The notes under the pieces are model-generated. The model was not told the origin of the DNA, ran no database searches, and saw only the letters and a program-made list of their open reading frames with translations. This document shows positions 1 to 13,904 of a stretch of DNA of 64,000 bases, in pieces (position 1 is the stretch's first letter; each line of letters opens with the position of its first letter). The stretch spans positions 20,894,001-20,958,000 of the forward strand of contig OX597828.1 in assembly GCA_951406725.2 (NCBI GenBank), in the 5' to 3' direction. Both the position numbers and the translations under genes were made by a program. This DNA comes from Octopus vulgaris. Its lineage: Eukaryota.

Positions 1-365
1 TTTTAGTCGAGCAAATCGACCCCAGGACTTATTCTTTGTAAGCCTAGTACTTATTCTATTGGTCTCTTTTACCAAACCGCTAAGTTACGGGGACATAAAC
101 ACAAGCAGCATCGGTTGTCAAGTGATGTTGGGGGGACAAACACAAACACACAAATGTATACACATACATATATATATGTACATACATATATATATATACA
201 CAACGGGCTTCTTTCAGTTTCCACCTACCAAATCCACTCACAAGGCTTTGGTTGGCTCGAGGCTATAGTAGAAGACACTTGCCCAAGGTGCCACCCAGTG
301 GGACTGAACCCGGAACTATGTGGTTCGTAAGCAAGCTACTTACCACACAGCCACTCCTACGCCTA
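1..365 (-). mobile_element. tRNA-derived SINE, family A (CORE-like ccttgggcaagt), truncated by window edge
   Basis: Reverse complement of the fuller copies at 21160-21560, 44516-44920 and 56092-56468. Confidence 0.9.
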
Positions 366-367
366 TA

Positions 368-810
368 GATTTTCTCAATAATCTATATCTATAAGTTTGA
401 TATACCCCCAGATCAATAAGCTATTCAAGCACAACCAGGATTTTAATGCTGTCGAAGGTTTTTCTCACAATCAATAACGCCCAAGCACAACAGTTGACTG
501 TTTTCTCCATATTTCTGAATAACTCGGTTCGTGACCTGTAAACAGTCAGTTATTGAAAATTCGCTAACAAAACCCCCTGCATGTGAGCTCTTTGCTGATT
601 GAAGCCTGAAATGGCACTGATGTGATTTGTAACCACTTTAGCGATTTCACAATAACAACTATATCACCGTATGATGAGGGTACTATAATAACAACTGATG
701 AACATATTCATCTTGGGCTGCTAGGAAAGCAGGTGTTTGAAAGAAGTGAGAAGAAAGACAACTCCAAGCCAGGCGGAGAGATTTCTCCACGAGAAACACC
801 AAGTAACATA
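368..810 (-). pseudogene. Decayed RTE-clade LINE reverse-transcriptase fragment
   Basis: Minus-strand translation AGGFVSEFSITDCLQVTNRVIQKYGENSQLLCLGVIDCEK/(frameshift)TFDSIKILVVLE*LIDLG matches the non-LTR RT motif QAGFRxxxSTxDHxxxxxxxIEKxxExxxPLxxxFIDYEKAFDS. Confidence 0.8.
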
Positions 811-992
811 GGTGCAGGTGTGGCTGTGTGGTAAGAAGTTTGCTTCCTTAACCACATGGTTCTAGGTTCAATCCCACAGCATGACACCTTGGGGAAGTAT
901 CTTCTACTACAGCTTCAGGCAGACCAAAGCCTTGTTATGGAATTTTGTAAATGGAAACTGAAAGAAGCCTATCGTATGTATGTGTGTATATA

Positions 993-1039
<47 letters not shown>

Positions 1040-1183
1040 GCATGGCTCAGTGGTTGAGTTTACAATTGTGAAGTTGTGAGTTCAAATGCCGGACTGGGCT
1101 GCGTGTTGTGTTCTTGAGCAAGACACTTTATTTCATGTTGCTCCAGTTCCCTCAGCTGTAGAAATGAGTTGCGACATCACAGG

Positions 1184-1188
<5 letters not shown>
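1040..1188 (+). mobile_element. tRNA-derived SINE family C, 5' part
   Basis: A-box-like tggctcagtgg and B-box-like gagttcaaat; same sequence as 40911-41236. Confidence 0.85.
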
Positions 1189-1218
<30 letters not shown>

Positions 1219-1219
1219 T

Positions 1220-1490
1220 GCTGCCTGACTGGCTACCATGCTGGTGGCACATATAAAGCACCATTTAAGTGCGGTCGATGCCAGTGGCGCCTGATTGGAT
1301 CCTGTGCTGGTGGTACATAAAAAGCATCCACTACACTCTTGGAGTGGTTGGCCTAAGGAAGGGCATCCAGCTATAGAAACCTTGCCAGATCAGATTGGAG
1401 CCTGGTGCAGCCATCTGGCTTGCCAGTCTTCAGTCAAACCATCCAACCCATGCCAGCATGGAAAGTGGACGTTAAACGAAGATGAGGATG
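1220..1490 (+). mobile_element. SINE-like family D with (GAT)n tail
   Basis: aggaagggcatccagctatagaaac...ccaacccatgccagcatggaaagtggacgttaaacga-gatga; more than 10 copies in the window. Confidence 0.85.
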
Positions 1491-1497
1491 ATATATA

Positions 1498-1546
<49 letters not shown>

Positions 1547-1551
1547 TGAAA

Positions 1552-1868
1552 CTCCCTTCGATCATGATTGACCATGGGATTGCACCTAGAAAGTTCCCCT
1601 CCCAGACTCAAGTCCGGGAAAGGATGTTTATGGAAGACAAGCAGTCGCCCATGCATACCGGCCTCCCCTCTCCATGCCATCAGTGTTACCCAAGGAAAAA
1701 GCAAAGGCCGATACAGCTTGGCACCTGTGATGTCGCAACTCATTTCTATGGGTGAGTGAACTGGAGCAACATGAAATAAAGTGTCTTGCTCAAGAACACA
1801 ACACGCAGCCCGGTCTGGGATTTGAACTCACAACCTCATAATCGTAAACTCGACCACTGAGCCATGCG
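1552..1868 (-). mobile_element. SINE family C, near full length
   Basis: Reverse complement of 40911-41236. Confidence 0.9.
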
Positions 1869-1879
1869 TGTATATATAT

Positions 1880-2123
1880 ATAAACAACTTATGAATAAGG
1901 ACAAACAATAAAATTTCTAATGCCAAATATGCCGAAATTAGACAAACCCTGAAATCGGTCCAATATGGTAATAATGGAATTTTTTAGAGATTTCTGTCGA
2001 CCTTTTTTGAGTAGTGTGCGTAATGTGAAGAAAAAATTATAATGGTTATGGACAATGTGTCTAATTTCGGCATATTTAGCATGAGAAATTTTTTCATTTG
2101 CCCTTACTTATAAGTTGTTTATA
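1880..2123. repeat. Inverted-repeat element (~65-bp arms) in a (TA)n context
   Basis: ataaacaacttatgaataaggacaaa...atatgccgaaattagaca versus tgtctaatttcggcatattt...tgcccttacttataagttgtttat. Confidence 0.8.
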
Positions 2124-2202
2124 AATTTAACCTTTAAAGATATTTTTTAATATGCTGGCCATTGATAACATTTTTTTTTTTCGAAAAAATTTTATCCTAC
2201 AT

Positions 2203-2252
<50 letters not shown>

Positions 2253-2486
2253 TATATATATATGTGTGTGTGTGTCTTTGTGTTTATGTTTGTCCCCCAC
2301 CATCACTTGATTTTATGCCCTCGTAACTTAGCAGCTCAGCAAAAGAGACCAATAGAATAAGTATCAGGCTTAAAAAAATCATTTAAGTACTGGGGTCAAT
2401 TTATTTGACTAAAAATTCTTCAAGGCAGTGCCCTAGCATGGCCGCAGTCTAATGACTGCAACAAGTAAAATGAAATGAATAAATGA

Positions 2487-2529
<43 letters not shown>

Positions 2530-2699
2530 GGAACAATACAAAGAATCATGGGAAGATACATGTAAGTAGGGGTTACTATAAAAGCAGTCAATGGATAAGA
2601 AGGGAGCAAACAAAAGCACATCTTCGTCATCATCTTTTGACGTCCATCGTCGCTGCTGGCATGAGTGTGGGACGGTTTGACAGGATTCGATGTTTCAGA

Positions 2700-2975
2700 G
2701 GGCAACATCATCAAAGAGGACATAATAAAAAAAGTACTGAAAGGAAATGGGGCCACGCAGGGTATGATGTATGAACAAATACCAACAGCAGGACAAAGCA
2801 ATGAACAGAATTGAACCTGAGAACAGCAGGTTTACTCAGTCGAGGAAGACAGAGAACAAGACAGTTTGACAAGATTGAAAAAGTTTATCGGTATTACATG
2901 AAAGCAGAGGAAGGACCAATCAGCACCAACTTAGGGAGGCTTCTGCCTTGTGATTGGCTGCAATGAGTGAGAATG
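2700..2975 (+). pseudogene. Decayed RTE LINE ORF C-terminal region
   Basis: DIIKKVLK-KWGHAG...SRGRQRTRQFDKIEK resembles the RTE motif KWxWAGH...RxRGRQxTRWxDEI. Confidence 0.6.
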
Positions 2976-3117
2976 CCAAGTGACAGGAGATATTTTTATT
3001 TCAATTTGTGGTTTTATTATTTTGATGTTTTTTTCAAGTGTCTCTTCATACAAGCTGTATTTATCTGTCATTATGTAAATTATCGCATTCAAAATCTCAT
3101 TGTTTTTTTGTTGTTGT

Positions 3118-3150
<33 letters not shown>

Positions 3151-3307
3151 CTTCCTTCCTTTCACTGAGCCACCTTGAAATTTCACTTTCCACAAAATGA
3201 ATATTTTTGGTGAAACCATGAGACATTTAAAACATTCATATAACTGATATATATATTTGTGTGCGAATGCAAATTGTGTTTGTATATATATATGTCTGTG
3301 TGTGTGC

Positions 3308-3379
<72 letters not shown>

Positions 3380-3509
3380 ATATATATGTGTGTGTGTGTT
3401 AATAATAATAATAATATGACAAGAATAGAATGAATGAGACCTCGATATTATGTAAATAGAGGAATTTATCTATAAATATATAATAAAGGACAATCAGTTA
3501 GTCGTCATC

Positions 3510-3561
3510 ATAATACTCAGAGTTTCAGATGCCAGGGCTAAAAGACATCCTCATCAGTTAT
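3510..3561 (-). ncRNA. Minimal type I hammerhead ribozyme motif in a short Penelope-like element (~3411-3575)
   Basis: Minus strand: AUAA CUGAUGA GGAUGUC-loop-GGCAUCU GAAA CUC U GAG UA UUAU; intact core, 7-bp stem II, stem I AUAA/UUAU, GUA triplet. Confidence 0.75.
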
Positions 3562-3720
3562 TAAAACAAAAACACTATATATATATATATATATATATAT
3601 ACAAAAACGCTATATATATATATATATATATGTGTATGTGTGTGGGTGTGGGTGTGTGGTTTGGGCATATTTTTTTAATCAATTGAAAATAATAAATAAT
3701 GATATGTGTGTATCATAGTG

Positions 3721-3804
<84 letters not shown>
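3721..3804. repeat. (GATA)n microsatellite
   Basis: Direct reading; further (GATA)n tracts at 24323-24360 and 36455-36528. Confidence 0.98.
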
Positions 3805-3805
<1 letters not shown>

Positions 3806-4389
3806 TCATCATCATTGTGTAATGTTTTTCCTTCCATACCCACATGGGCAGGATGGTTCAGCTGGAACCGATGAGCTAGAAGACTGTGCCAAGCTCCAAT
3901 GCCTGCTTTGGTATGATTTCTACAGCTGCATGCCTGGTCTAATTCCAACCACTTTACAGTGTGCACTGGGTACTTTTGTTCATGCCATCAACACCAGTGA
4001 GGCTATCATGTAGTTTACAATGCCACAAACCCAAGGGGGTAATTTCATGCTCAGCCACAGAGGGTAAAATTCTGGCATGAAATGTATGAAAGAAGGGGCT
4101 AGAGCAGAACAGGCTTTTGTTGTAGAGGAAATACATGACTACTCACATTTTAGAAGGGGTAGTAAGGGGTGATCTACTTAGAGCCAGAGAGCAATGATGA
4201 GGTGAGTAGGAGATGACTGACAGGGCTGAACAAGAGAATGGTAATAATGAAACAGTAGACAGGAGAAGGATGAGAGAAGAATGATGTTGGATAAGTTGCA
4301 AGAGTAGGCAGAAAGAGGGAGGCAAGCAGAACACATAAGGAGAGAGAGAGATGTATGTAAGATTCGATATAAACATGAGAGTGGAAAGA

Positions 4390-4605
4390 CGACGAGCTGA
4401 CAGAGTCGTTAGCATGACAGGTGAAGTACTTAGTGGCATCTGGTCCATCCTAACGTTCTGAGTTCAAATTCTGATGAGGTCAACTTTTCCTGTCATCCTT
4501 TCAGATCGGATAAAATAAGTACCAGTTGAGCACTGGGGTCGATGTTATTGACTAACCGCCCCATCACCTGAAATAGCTGGCCTTGTGCCAAAATTTGAAA
4601 CCAAT
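4390..4605 (+). mobile_element. tRNA-derived SINE family E
   Basis: gagctgacagagtcgttagc...gttctgagttcaaattc...gataaaataagtaccag; same family as 63050-63270. Confidence 0.8.
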
Positions 4606-5232
4606 ACAGACATAAGACTAAGAGGACTCAATACCTATAGTTAAGAGTATATATTCAAAGCTGAAGATTCACTCAGTTGCTACTCAGAGGTTTTAGGACA
4701 TAGCAAAGAACGGGAGCAAAAAGCGGGGAGCAACGGAACAAACCGAACAATCAGCCCTGAACAAATTATATATGAGTATTTGCACGTATGTGTGAACAGA
4801 GATAGGAAGTATATGTATGAGCGTGTGTTAATATATACACACCACCCTAGTCGGGTATATTTACAGAACCGAGAGTTGGAGTCAAGAGGAACATTGTTTA
4901 AAGTTTGCACTTTGTCAAACGATATCCTAGACTCACATATGACTTCCCTCATAGTTCCATTCCCTTGGTTCCAATATGAAGGGAGTGGTCACAGTAGCCA
5001 AAAAAATTTTCGAAAATGCTTTGGCGGCGACATTTAGGTATATAACATGTGGGTGGGTGTGGGTGGGGGAGGTGTACATGTCTGTGTGTAAATAGATACA
5101 CACACACACACACACACACAAAAATATGGAGAAATATATCTATCCATCAATATATATATATATTCTTTTACATGTTTCAGTCATTCAGCTGTGGCCATGC
5201 TAGAGCACTGCCTTAAAAGAAAAACAAGTTAT

Positions 5233-5268
<36 letters not shown>

Positions 5269-5294
5269 TTGTATGCAAACAGCAGTATGTGTGT

Positions 5295-5334
5295 ATTGTC
5301 TGACGAATGGGAATGTGAAACTCTGAGTAGTAGT
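5295..5334 (+). ncRNA. Degenerate hammerhead motif
   Basis: CUGACGA augggaaugu GAAA CUCUGAG UA; same stem III as 3510-3561, but stems I and II are weak. Confidence 0.45.
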
Positions 5335-5692
5335 TTTTTGTGATGTCTTTGCAGCTTTAATAATAATAGAGTATACACACACACACACACACATATATAC
5401 ATATATGCACAAGCACAAATATTATATTCATATGCACCGATGCACACACACATACAGACGTACATACCATCATTGAAACACATACGCACACAAACACGCA
5501 GCAACACTGTTCTATGACTAAGCACAAATGTAACCAAATACATGTTTGTCAGCCAACACAGAACTTTAGACAATTGGGTGGGGGAGTGCTTACTGCAAAA
5601 TTTCTAAAAACATTCCAACGATTCTTTACTTGATCCCACTGGAAGGACACACTGACACACACCATTCAATGCATATATGCATATGGGAAATT

Positions 5693-5733
<41 letters not shown>

Positions 5734-6767
5734 TTATTTGTGGGTTAACAATGTTACCATTAGTTTCATGCTAAGAGAAAATGTTTCAGCAATTATCAGC
5801 ATGGCCGCAGTCGAACAACTGAAACAAGTAAAAGAATAAAGGATGTCTGTAGAGCACTCAGCCACTTGCATGTTAATTTCATGAGCTGGTTGTTCAGTTG
5901 ATTGGACAAACTGGAACACCTTGGGCAAGTGTCTTCTATATCCCCAGGCTGACCAATGCTTCGTGAGTGAATTTGGTAGTTGGAAACTGAAAGAAGCCCA
6001 TTATGGTGAGAGGAAGGGGCAAAGGGTGTGTCTTGACATCACACATTAATCGTAAACAAGTGTCACTGTTTCCAGTAGTCCCTGGGGAAAAAAATGCCTG
6101 GTCATGGAGGATATAGCTTTGGATGGGAGCAACAAGGGTTAGCAACAGGAAGGGCATCCAGCCATACAAATTCTGCCTCGTCAAATTCCTCCTGATCCAT
6201 GCAAACATTGGAAAGCAGGCGTTAAGATGATGATGATGATGTGTACTTGGTGGCTGCGCTGGAGGTACGGGGAGAGGGGCATTTTGATATTGTGTGATAA
6301 TGTCACAGGTGGCATTATTCATTTCCAATCTTCTGTGAAAAATAAACATGAAACACATCAAGCCATGAGGAAACAGGTGAGAAACAGAGACAGAAAGGGC
6401 ATATATTCAGATGTAGAAAATCTGCCACAACGGTCTGCATCTGACCGAATTAGAGAAGGGAAAAGAGACTGCTAAAGGGTGAGGCATGGCTTAGTGGTTA
6501 AGGTGTTGCACTCGCGATTGTGAGATCGTTGGTTCGATTCCAAGACCGGGAATTGCATTGTGTTCTTGAGCAAAGCACTTCATTTCACATTGCTCTGCGA
6601 TCATTTCGACATGTGACATGTGGCACCTGTACAGGTAATGTAGATTTGATGGAGGGAGTGAGCTTATCTCTACACAAACATTTGATCCCTATAAACAAAT
6701 CATTGTTTGGTAAGAAACTGTCGGACCCTCATACGTCATCTAACAACAGAAGAGTACATCATATATA

Positions 6768-6814
<47 letters not shown>

Positions 6815-7206
6815 TACATACATACTCCCTCCCACGCACATACATACATATGCACACATACACACGCATTTGGTTGATGGAAATTGTGTGGAAGCTCATC
6901 ATGTATGTATAATATATGCGTGTGTATGTGTGCATATGTATGTGTGTGGGGGGATATATGTGGGGGAGGGGTATGTTTGTGTGTGTGTATGTGGGGGAAT
7001 GGTATGTGTGTGTGTGTGTGTGTATGTTTGTGTCAATGGTTACCTTCCACCACGGCTATATATATGTATATATATATATACATACACACAAACGTGTGTG
7101 TGTATACATATAGAAGACAGAAGGGAAGAGGGGAAAAATAAGAAAGCTTCTGACATATATCTGTGTAAATACATTTATGTTATTATGTATACATATATAT
7201 ATACAC

Positions 7207-7286
<80 letters not shown>

Positions 7287-7408
7287 GTATATATACATGC
7301 ATATACAGGTGTGTGTCATCATTATCATCATTTAACGTCCATTTTCCATGCTGACATGGGTTAGACAGTTTGACCAGTGCTGCTAAGGCTGGAGGCTGCA
7401 CCATGCAT

Positions 7409-7439
<31 letters not shown>

Positions 7440-7821
7440 TACATATATATGCCTATACATGTGTGTACGTACATATATATATACACGTACACACATATGT
7501 ACATAAATATATAATATACATACAGATACATACACATACACATACAGACATATATATGTGTATATATATGTATGTATATGAAGGAAGAGATAGATAAAAA
7601 AAAAGAACACACACTCCACCAACACCACCACCACCTCGTTGTTGTTGTTGTTGTTGTTACTAAAAACATTACTAATTAACAAACACACCATCCGACACAC
7701 ACGCCAACCGTCCTATACGTTACTGCATTATGACATTTCCCACAGACACTTATTTACCGATTTGTACTTGTGGTGTTTGTTGTTATCGCTGTTGTTATTG
7801 CTGTTAAAGTTATAGTAGCCC

Positions 7822-7860
<39 letters not shown>

Positions 7861-8429
7861 CAGTAGTAGCTACGAAGTCGTAAAAGTGGTTATAGTTAGG
7901 TTTGTAGGAGTATATGTAAGTGGTGGTGGGAGTGGTGGTGGTGGTGCTGGTGCTGGTGGTAATTGTAGCAGTTGTAGTGATAGTAGGGGCAGGTATTGCT
8001 AGGTGGGTAATAAGCTTGCTTTGCAACCATGAGGTTCATAATGTGAAGTGGATGAAAGAGAAATATGTCCCTGGATAGGACAACAACAACCTGTCCTTGA
8101 CTTTTAATGACCTGAACTTGGCTTCAATTTCAAGACTCTAACAGGACCAGAGACAAATGATAATTTCTGGATAGGCCAACATCAGCCTTTACCACAGCAG
8201 AGGCTCATGGCTCAGTGGTTAGGGTGTTGGACTCATGAACATTAGATTGTGGTTTCGGTTCCTGGACTGGGTGATGTGTTGTGTTCTTAAGCAAAACACT
8301 TTGTTCCATGTTGCTCCAGTCCGCTTAGCAGGTAGAAATGAGTAACCCTTCGACAGACCAGGATTCCGTCCAGCAGGTGAGGGAATATATATATGCCACA
8401 GAAACCAGGAAACTAGTTCTATATCTTGA

Positions 8430-8831
8430 CTAGCAGTATCGCCCGGCGTTGCTCGGGTTTGTAAGGGAAATAACTATATAAGCATTTTTAGAGAGTTATA
8501 GCCAAAAAATAGCAAAAAATGCATTGAAAATGGAAAAAAAAATGATGGTAAATTTCTTCAAAAATCATTGACTCATCGTAGACATTTTTAGAGAGTTACT
8601 TCCCTTATATAATAGCGAAAAAACTGCATTAAAATGGAAAAAAATGATGGTAAATTTTTTTTAAAATCGTAGACTCATCGTAGATGCACGCTAATACCCA
8701 GAAGGGTTCAATATGAATCACTACTATAAGATACCCGGTTTTGGTTAAACTGCGCCGCAAAATGTGGGAGTAGTTAGGAATCTAAATCGTAGGAGACAGA
8801 CAGCACACAACCTCTCCTTTATATATAAAGA
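8430..8831 (-). mobile_element. Non-autonomous Helitron
   Basis: Minus strand begins A^TC, ends CTAG^T, subterminal GC hairpin cccgagcaacgccggg; internal ~100-bp tandem duplication (8482-8683). Confidence 0.8.
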
Positions 8832-9010
8832 TATTTTTAATCCCTTTTATCCTTACCCTGGCAGTATCACGGAATAAATTAACCAAGAGCTTAATCGATA
8901 GATAGACTCAGATTATAGCAGGAGACTCCCCTTGTCCCTCGTAAAGTGAGAGATGATTATAAGAGTATTCTGATGCAATAAAGCAGCTAATTCATGTAAA
9001 ATAGATTTCA

Positions 9011-9043
<33 letters not shown>

Positions 9044-9814
9044 AACCAGGCTGATAAGGAGTTTTTGAAGAAAGACTTCCTCCTTCTCTGACGTGAACTC
9101 ATCTGATAAGGGGTTTGAGGTCGACACTCCTGAATAAGAATGCACTGAATTTAGTTTCATTTTTTTGTGTCTGTTTGTAATTTGTTTTTTTTTGTTAGGG
9201 AGTGGGTCGATGGGAGGGGGGGGGGGCAGTGGTGGTCTTTTGTTTGTTTTCTTCCTGCATTGTTTGGTAGAGAAATCTGTTGATAATCAATTAATAATGA
9301 ATGATGGCCCATGATGGTGAGGGGTGGGGGTGGAGGGGGCGCACAGATAGATTATACTTATGTTGCATCTGGATATGTGTAAATATGTTCAGATGTGTGT
9401 GTGTGTGTGTGTATGTGTGTGTGTGTGTGTGTATGTGTTAGTATGTATGTCATGTTGGCATGTGTGTCTCATGGTTACATATATACATCCTGGTATATGA
9501 GCAAGTGTGTATAAATATGTGAGTGTGTGTGTGTGTGTGTCTGTGAGTGCATGTGTGAGCGTGTGAATGCACGTGCATGACTGTATGTGTGTAAGCCTGA
9601 GTATATGTGTGTGTGTGAGTGTGTATGTATGCCGAGGTCAACTTTGCCTTTCATCCTTTCGGGGGTCGATAAATAAAGTACCAGTTTCGCACTGGAGGCG
9701 ATATAATCGACTCAATCCCATCGTCTGTCCTTGTTTGTCCCCTCTATGTTTAGCCCCTTGTGGACAGTAAAGAAATATATATATATATATATATATATTA
9801 TGTATATATAAGCA

Positions 9815-10092
9815 TTTGCAGCGTGGAAGGTGTTTATAAGCCCTTTAAGAAACACACAAAAACCGTTAGATTCACTTCAACATTTAAATTTTATTTGCCA
9901 AAATATTTTCATCATTTTTAGTCAGCCACCTGATCACTGACAAAATTCTGTGCAGTACAGAATTTTGTCAGTGAACAGGTCGTTGACTAAAAGCGATGAA
10001 AATATTTTGACAAATTAAATTTAAATGTTGAAGTGAATCTAACAGTTTTTGTGTGTTTCTGAAAGGGCTTATAAACACCTTCCACGCTGCAA
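9815..10092. repeat. ~280-bp near-perfect fold-back palindrome flanked by (TA)n
   Basis: ttgcagcgtggaaggtgtttataagccc...aaaattctgt gcagt acagaatttt...gggcttataaacaccttccacgctgcaa. Confidence 0.95.
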
Positions 10093-10252
10093 CTGTTTTT
10101 GTTCCAGCACACAATGTCAGATCAGGTCACTTGCTATGCAAGTACATCTCCATAATATATATATATATATCTCTTTAGTTCTATTTACGTCTTTGTGCAT
10201 GTGTGTGTGTGTCTGAATGTGTATCTGTGTATGACTGTGTGTATGTATGTAC

Positions 10253-10302
<50 letters not shown>

Positions 10303-10809
10303 TCTTTAGTTCTGTCTATGTGTGTGTGTGTGTGCGTACATGCACACGTTTTAGTATCTTATAATGGCCACTGCATTATTCAGTAGCAATATGTTGATAA
10401 TCAATTAGGGAGTATGTACTTAACGAGGGAGAAGATAAATGTATTTAGTAGGGATGTATTCGTATAAATGTGTGCATGTGTATGTATGTGCATAAGTGTG
10501 GCTTATACACCTGTCTTCATTTTTTTTTTTGGTTTTTCTGTAAATTTCAATTATATATATGTTTGCATGCATTTGTATACATATATATATGCATGTGTGT
10601 GCATGTATATGTGTGTGCAGGTGCATGTGTGTGTGTGAGAGAGAGTGAGAGGGAGTGATTAAGAGATATTATACATGTGTCAGCATGTACACACAATGCA
10701 TATTTAATGTCACCGTGTTTACCTCACCAATATTTAGAATTTATTTACCATTGTTCTTGCTGTACATTCATCGCTTCCAGCACAGTCAGGATTTTTATTA
10801 TTATATGGA

Positions 10810-10845
10810 CTAGCTGGCCCTGTGCCATCAAAAATGATGGCTAAT
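10810..10845 (-). mobile_element. Helitron-like 3' terminus
   Basis: CTAG^T on the minus strand with hairpin gccatca-aaaa-tgatggc about 10 nt inside. Confidence 0.45.
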
Positions 10846-12199
10846 TGCAGTATTTTATATGCGAATATGGATGGTAAACCAAGTTGACATACTTGTCAGC
10901 ATTATCTGGTGGTTGTCTTTCGAGATGTGACATCGATCATCGTTTGTTACTGAAAGAACACTGGTTCACACATACAAGCATTCACATACTTCCCTTGTAT
11001 ATGCATACACATACACACACACATACTCACACAGAGTTGAAACGCTGTTTGATTTTTCTTTCCAGTGTTGAATGTTCACCATCCCACTTCCATTACACAC
11101 ACACACACACACAAACATGCACATACCTCCCTTTTACACAAACACAGACACACACACATATACTCACACAGAGTCGAAACGATCCCACTACCAAGTTTGC
11201 CATCAACCCTTCCTTTCTCATTCATATGTTGAGACGGAGAAAAACACAAGAGTATTATTATAGTAGATATGTAAGGTGGCAAGCTGGCAGAATCATAAAC
11301 ACACCAGGTGGAATGCTTACTCTTTACTCTTTTACTTGTTTCAGTCATCATAAAACCAATGTAAAACCAGCTTTTGCAAATGTAATTCTTAGCAGAAGGT
11401 GAAGCTTACAGAGAAGGAATGCTGAAAAATCAAAATATGATCTGTCTACAAAAAACAAAAAAAATACTGAACTGTCAGCAAAAGTGACAGAAGAGATAAA
11501 CGAAAATGTTGCCAACCCTTTGCCAACCGAAACCACTATGCTCTGGTTGGCCCGAGGCTGTAGTAGAAAACACTTGCCCAAGGTACCACAAAGTGGGGAT
11601 GAACCTAGAACCATGTGGCTGGGAAAAAAAACCCTTACAACACAGCCATGCCTGGAAAAAATTTTTTTTTTTTTTTTTTCAATTACAAGATGGTCACAGC
11701 TGGTAAGAGATGTTTTTGATCATAATGTGAGGTCAATCAAAGCCGACCAGGGATTAAACAACAACAACAACAACAAAAAAAAAAACCTCGATTTTGTTTC
11801 AGGTCCCACAACCCAAATTCCACATGACTGAGAAGACAGTGAGGAGTGGAAGCGGAACACGAGATGGAAGAAAAAACTAGAGACAGAGAGAGGGGGGGGG
11901 GTTATTCAGAAATGGAAAGAAACATTATCACTGCACCCACACACCCAACACCACCACCACCACTTCAGCACTAACAGTAGAAACTGGATCAACAGGAGAG
12001 AAAGAGAGAGAAAGGGAGAGAGAAGATAAAGAGATGGCAGAGATGGATGCAGAGGAGGAAGAGGAGGGAAGAAGCAAATTAATTCAACAACATAAATAAC
12101 AAATGTAGTGCACGCAAGTGCAATACATGCACACACGCACACACACACACGCATGCCACGCACGCATGCACACATTAATTGCAAACACATTATGTTGCC

Positions 12200-13410
12200 A
12201 TTACCACCACAGCCATCATCATCATCATCATCAGCATCGTCATTGCCACCAACCATCGCAAACATCATTGCTGGCATCATCACCGTCATCATCATCATCA
12301 TCATTAACATCATCTCTCTGACAACTACCAACATCGCTCTCACCACCACCATCGCTCTCAACCTCACTACAATCATCATCATAATCATCATCATCATCAC
12401 TAACATCATCTCCCTGACAACTACCAGCATCACTGTCACCACCACCACTCCCATCACTCTCAACCTCACTACCATCATCATCATAATCATCATCATCACC
12501 ACTATCATCACTCCCCAACAACTACCATCATCGCTACCCCTACCACCACCACCACCACCTCTCTAAACCTCACTACCATCATCATCATAATCATCATCAT
12601 CATCATCACTAACATCATCGCCCCGACAACTACCAGCATCGCCACCACCACCACCATCACTCTCAACCTCACTACCATCATCATCATCATCATCACTACC
12701 ATCATCTCAACAACTACCAACATCGCTACCAATACCACCACCACCATCACCGCTCTAAACCTCACTACCATCATGATCATAATCATCATCATCATCATCA
12801 TCATCATCACCACTGCCGCCAGCAACAACCTGATGGAATATTTCTTCTTAAAATGAGAGCAACAGAAATAAGATACTGTTGCTACTCCCAAAGTGATATA
12901 ACAACATCAACAACAGTACAGCATATTGACAACGCCACCACCACCACCACCAGAAATAAAGATGTCACCACCACCAGCCTCTGTAATTAAGGTACTACTA
13001 ATAATAAAGATACCACCATCGCCACCACAACCACCAGCAGTAACAGACATCACTGCCACCACCATCACCACCATCAGTAATACATGCACCACTGCCACCG
13101 TCACCACCACCATCATCATCAGTAAACAGGCACCACCACTATCCATAATAAAGTTACTGCCAACAGCAAGAGAAATAGACATTATCACCACCACCACCAC
13201 CACAATCTGTAATTAAGGTACCACTACCACCACCACCATCATCAATAATAAATACATTATCACCACCAACACCACCACCACCAATACTACCACTACTACA
13301 ACCACCAGCTGTAATAAAGATACCATTGTCATCACCGCCACCAGAAAGAAAGATGTCACCATTACCAGTGCCACCAGCACCACCACCATTAATAAAGATG
13401 CCAGCATCAC
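12200..13410. repeat. Compound (CAT/CAC)n low-complexity region with higher-order units
   Basis: Unit aacatcatc..tgacaactacca.catc...ctcaacctcactaccatcatc repeated about 4-5 times (12300-12810); ataaagat..caccacca units at 12940-13410. Confidence 0.85.
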
Positions 13411-13584
13411 TAAGCTCTGCAAGATCACTTGATCTGCTACAAACAACAGCCAAAAATTTCAGATCATACCATTCAGTTCTTAAAAAAGACACAAACTGTA
13501 TCTGAAGGTCGCATCAGATAATGTAACCTAAGATACACCTAGGCTGCACTTATTTATATATATATATAGTTATATATATATATG

Positions 13585-13893
13585 TGGAGACGCAATGGCC
13601 CATGGTTAGGGCAGCGGACTTGCAGTCGTAGGATCGCGGTTTCGATTCCCAGACCAGGCATTGTGAGTGTTTATTGAGCGAAAACACCTAAAGCGTCACG
13701 AGGCTCCAGTAGGGGGTGGTGGCGATCCTTGCTGTACACTTTCACCACAATTTTCTCTCACTCTTTCTTCTGTTGGCCTGCTCGCTTAGCCAGCGGGGTG
13801 GCGTCATTTGAAGGCTAAAACAATGCAAAGCGCATTGTGACCAGCGATGTGTAGCAGCATCTGATAGCCTGGTCGGTCACGGTGATCACGGTG
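13585..13893 (+). mobile_element. tRNA-derived SINE family B
   Basis: tggcccatggttagggcagcggact...ggtttcgattccc; related copies at 30880-31180 (-) and 33390-33720 (+). Confidence 0.9.
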
Positions 13894-13904
13894 ATATATA
13901 TATA

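Noticed and set aside
11906-13492. Long M/V/I/T/D-rich ORFs
   Set aside because: Trinucleotide low-complexity DNA open in several frames on both strands.
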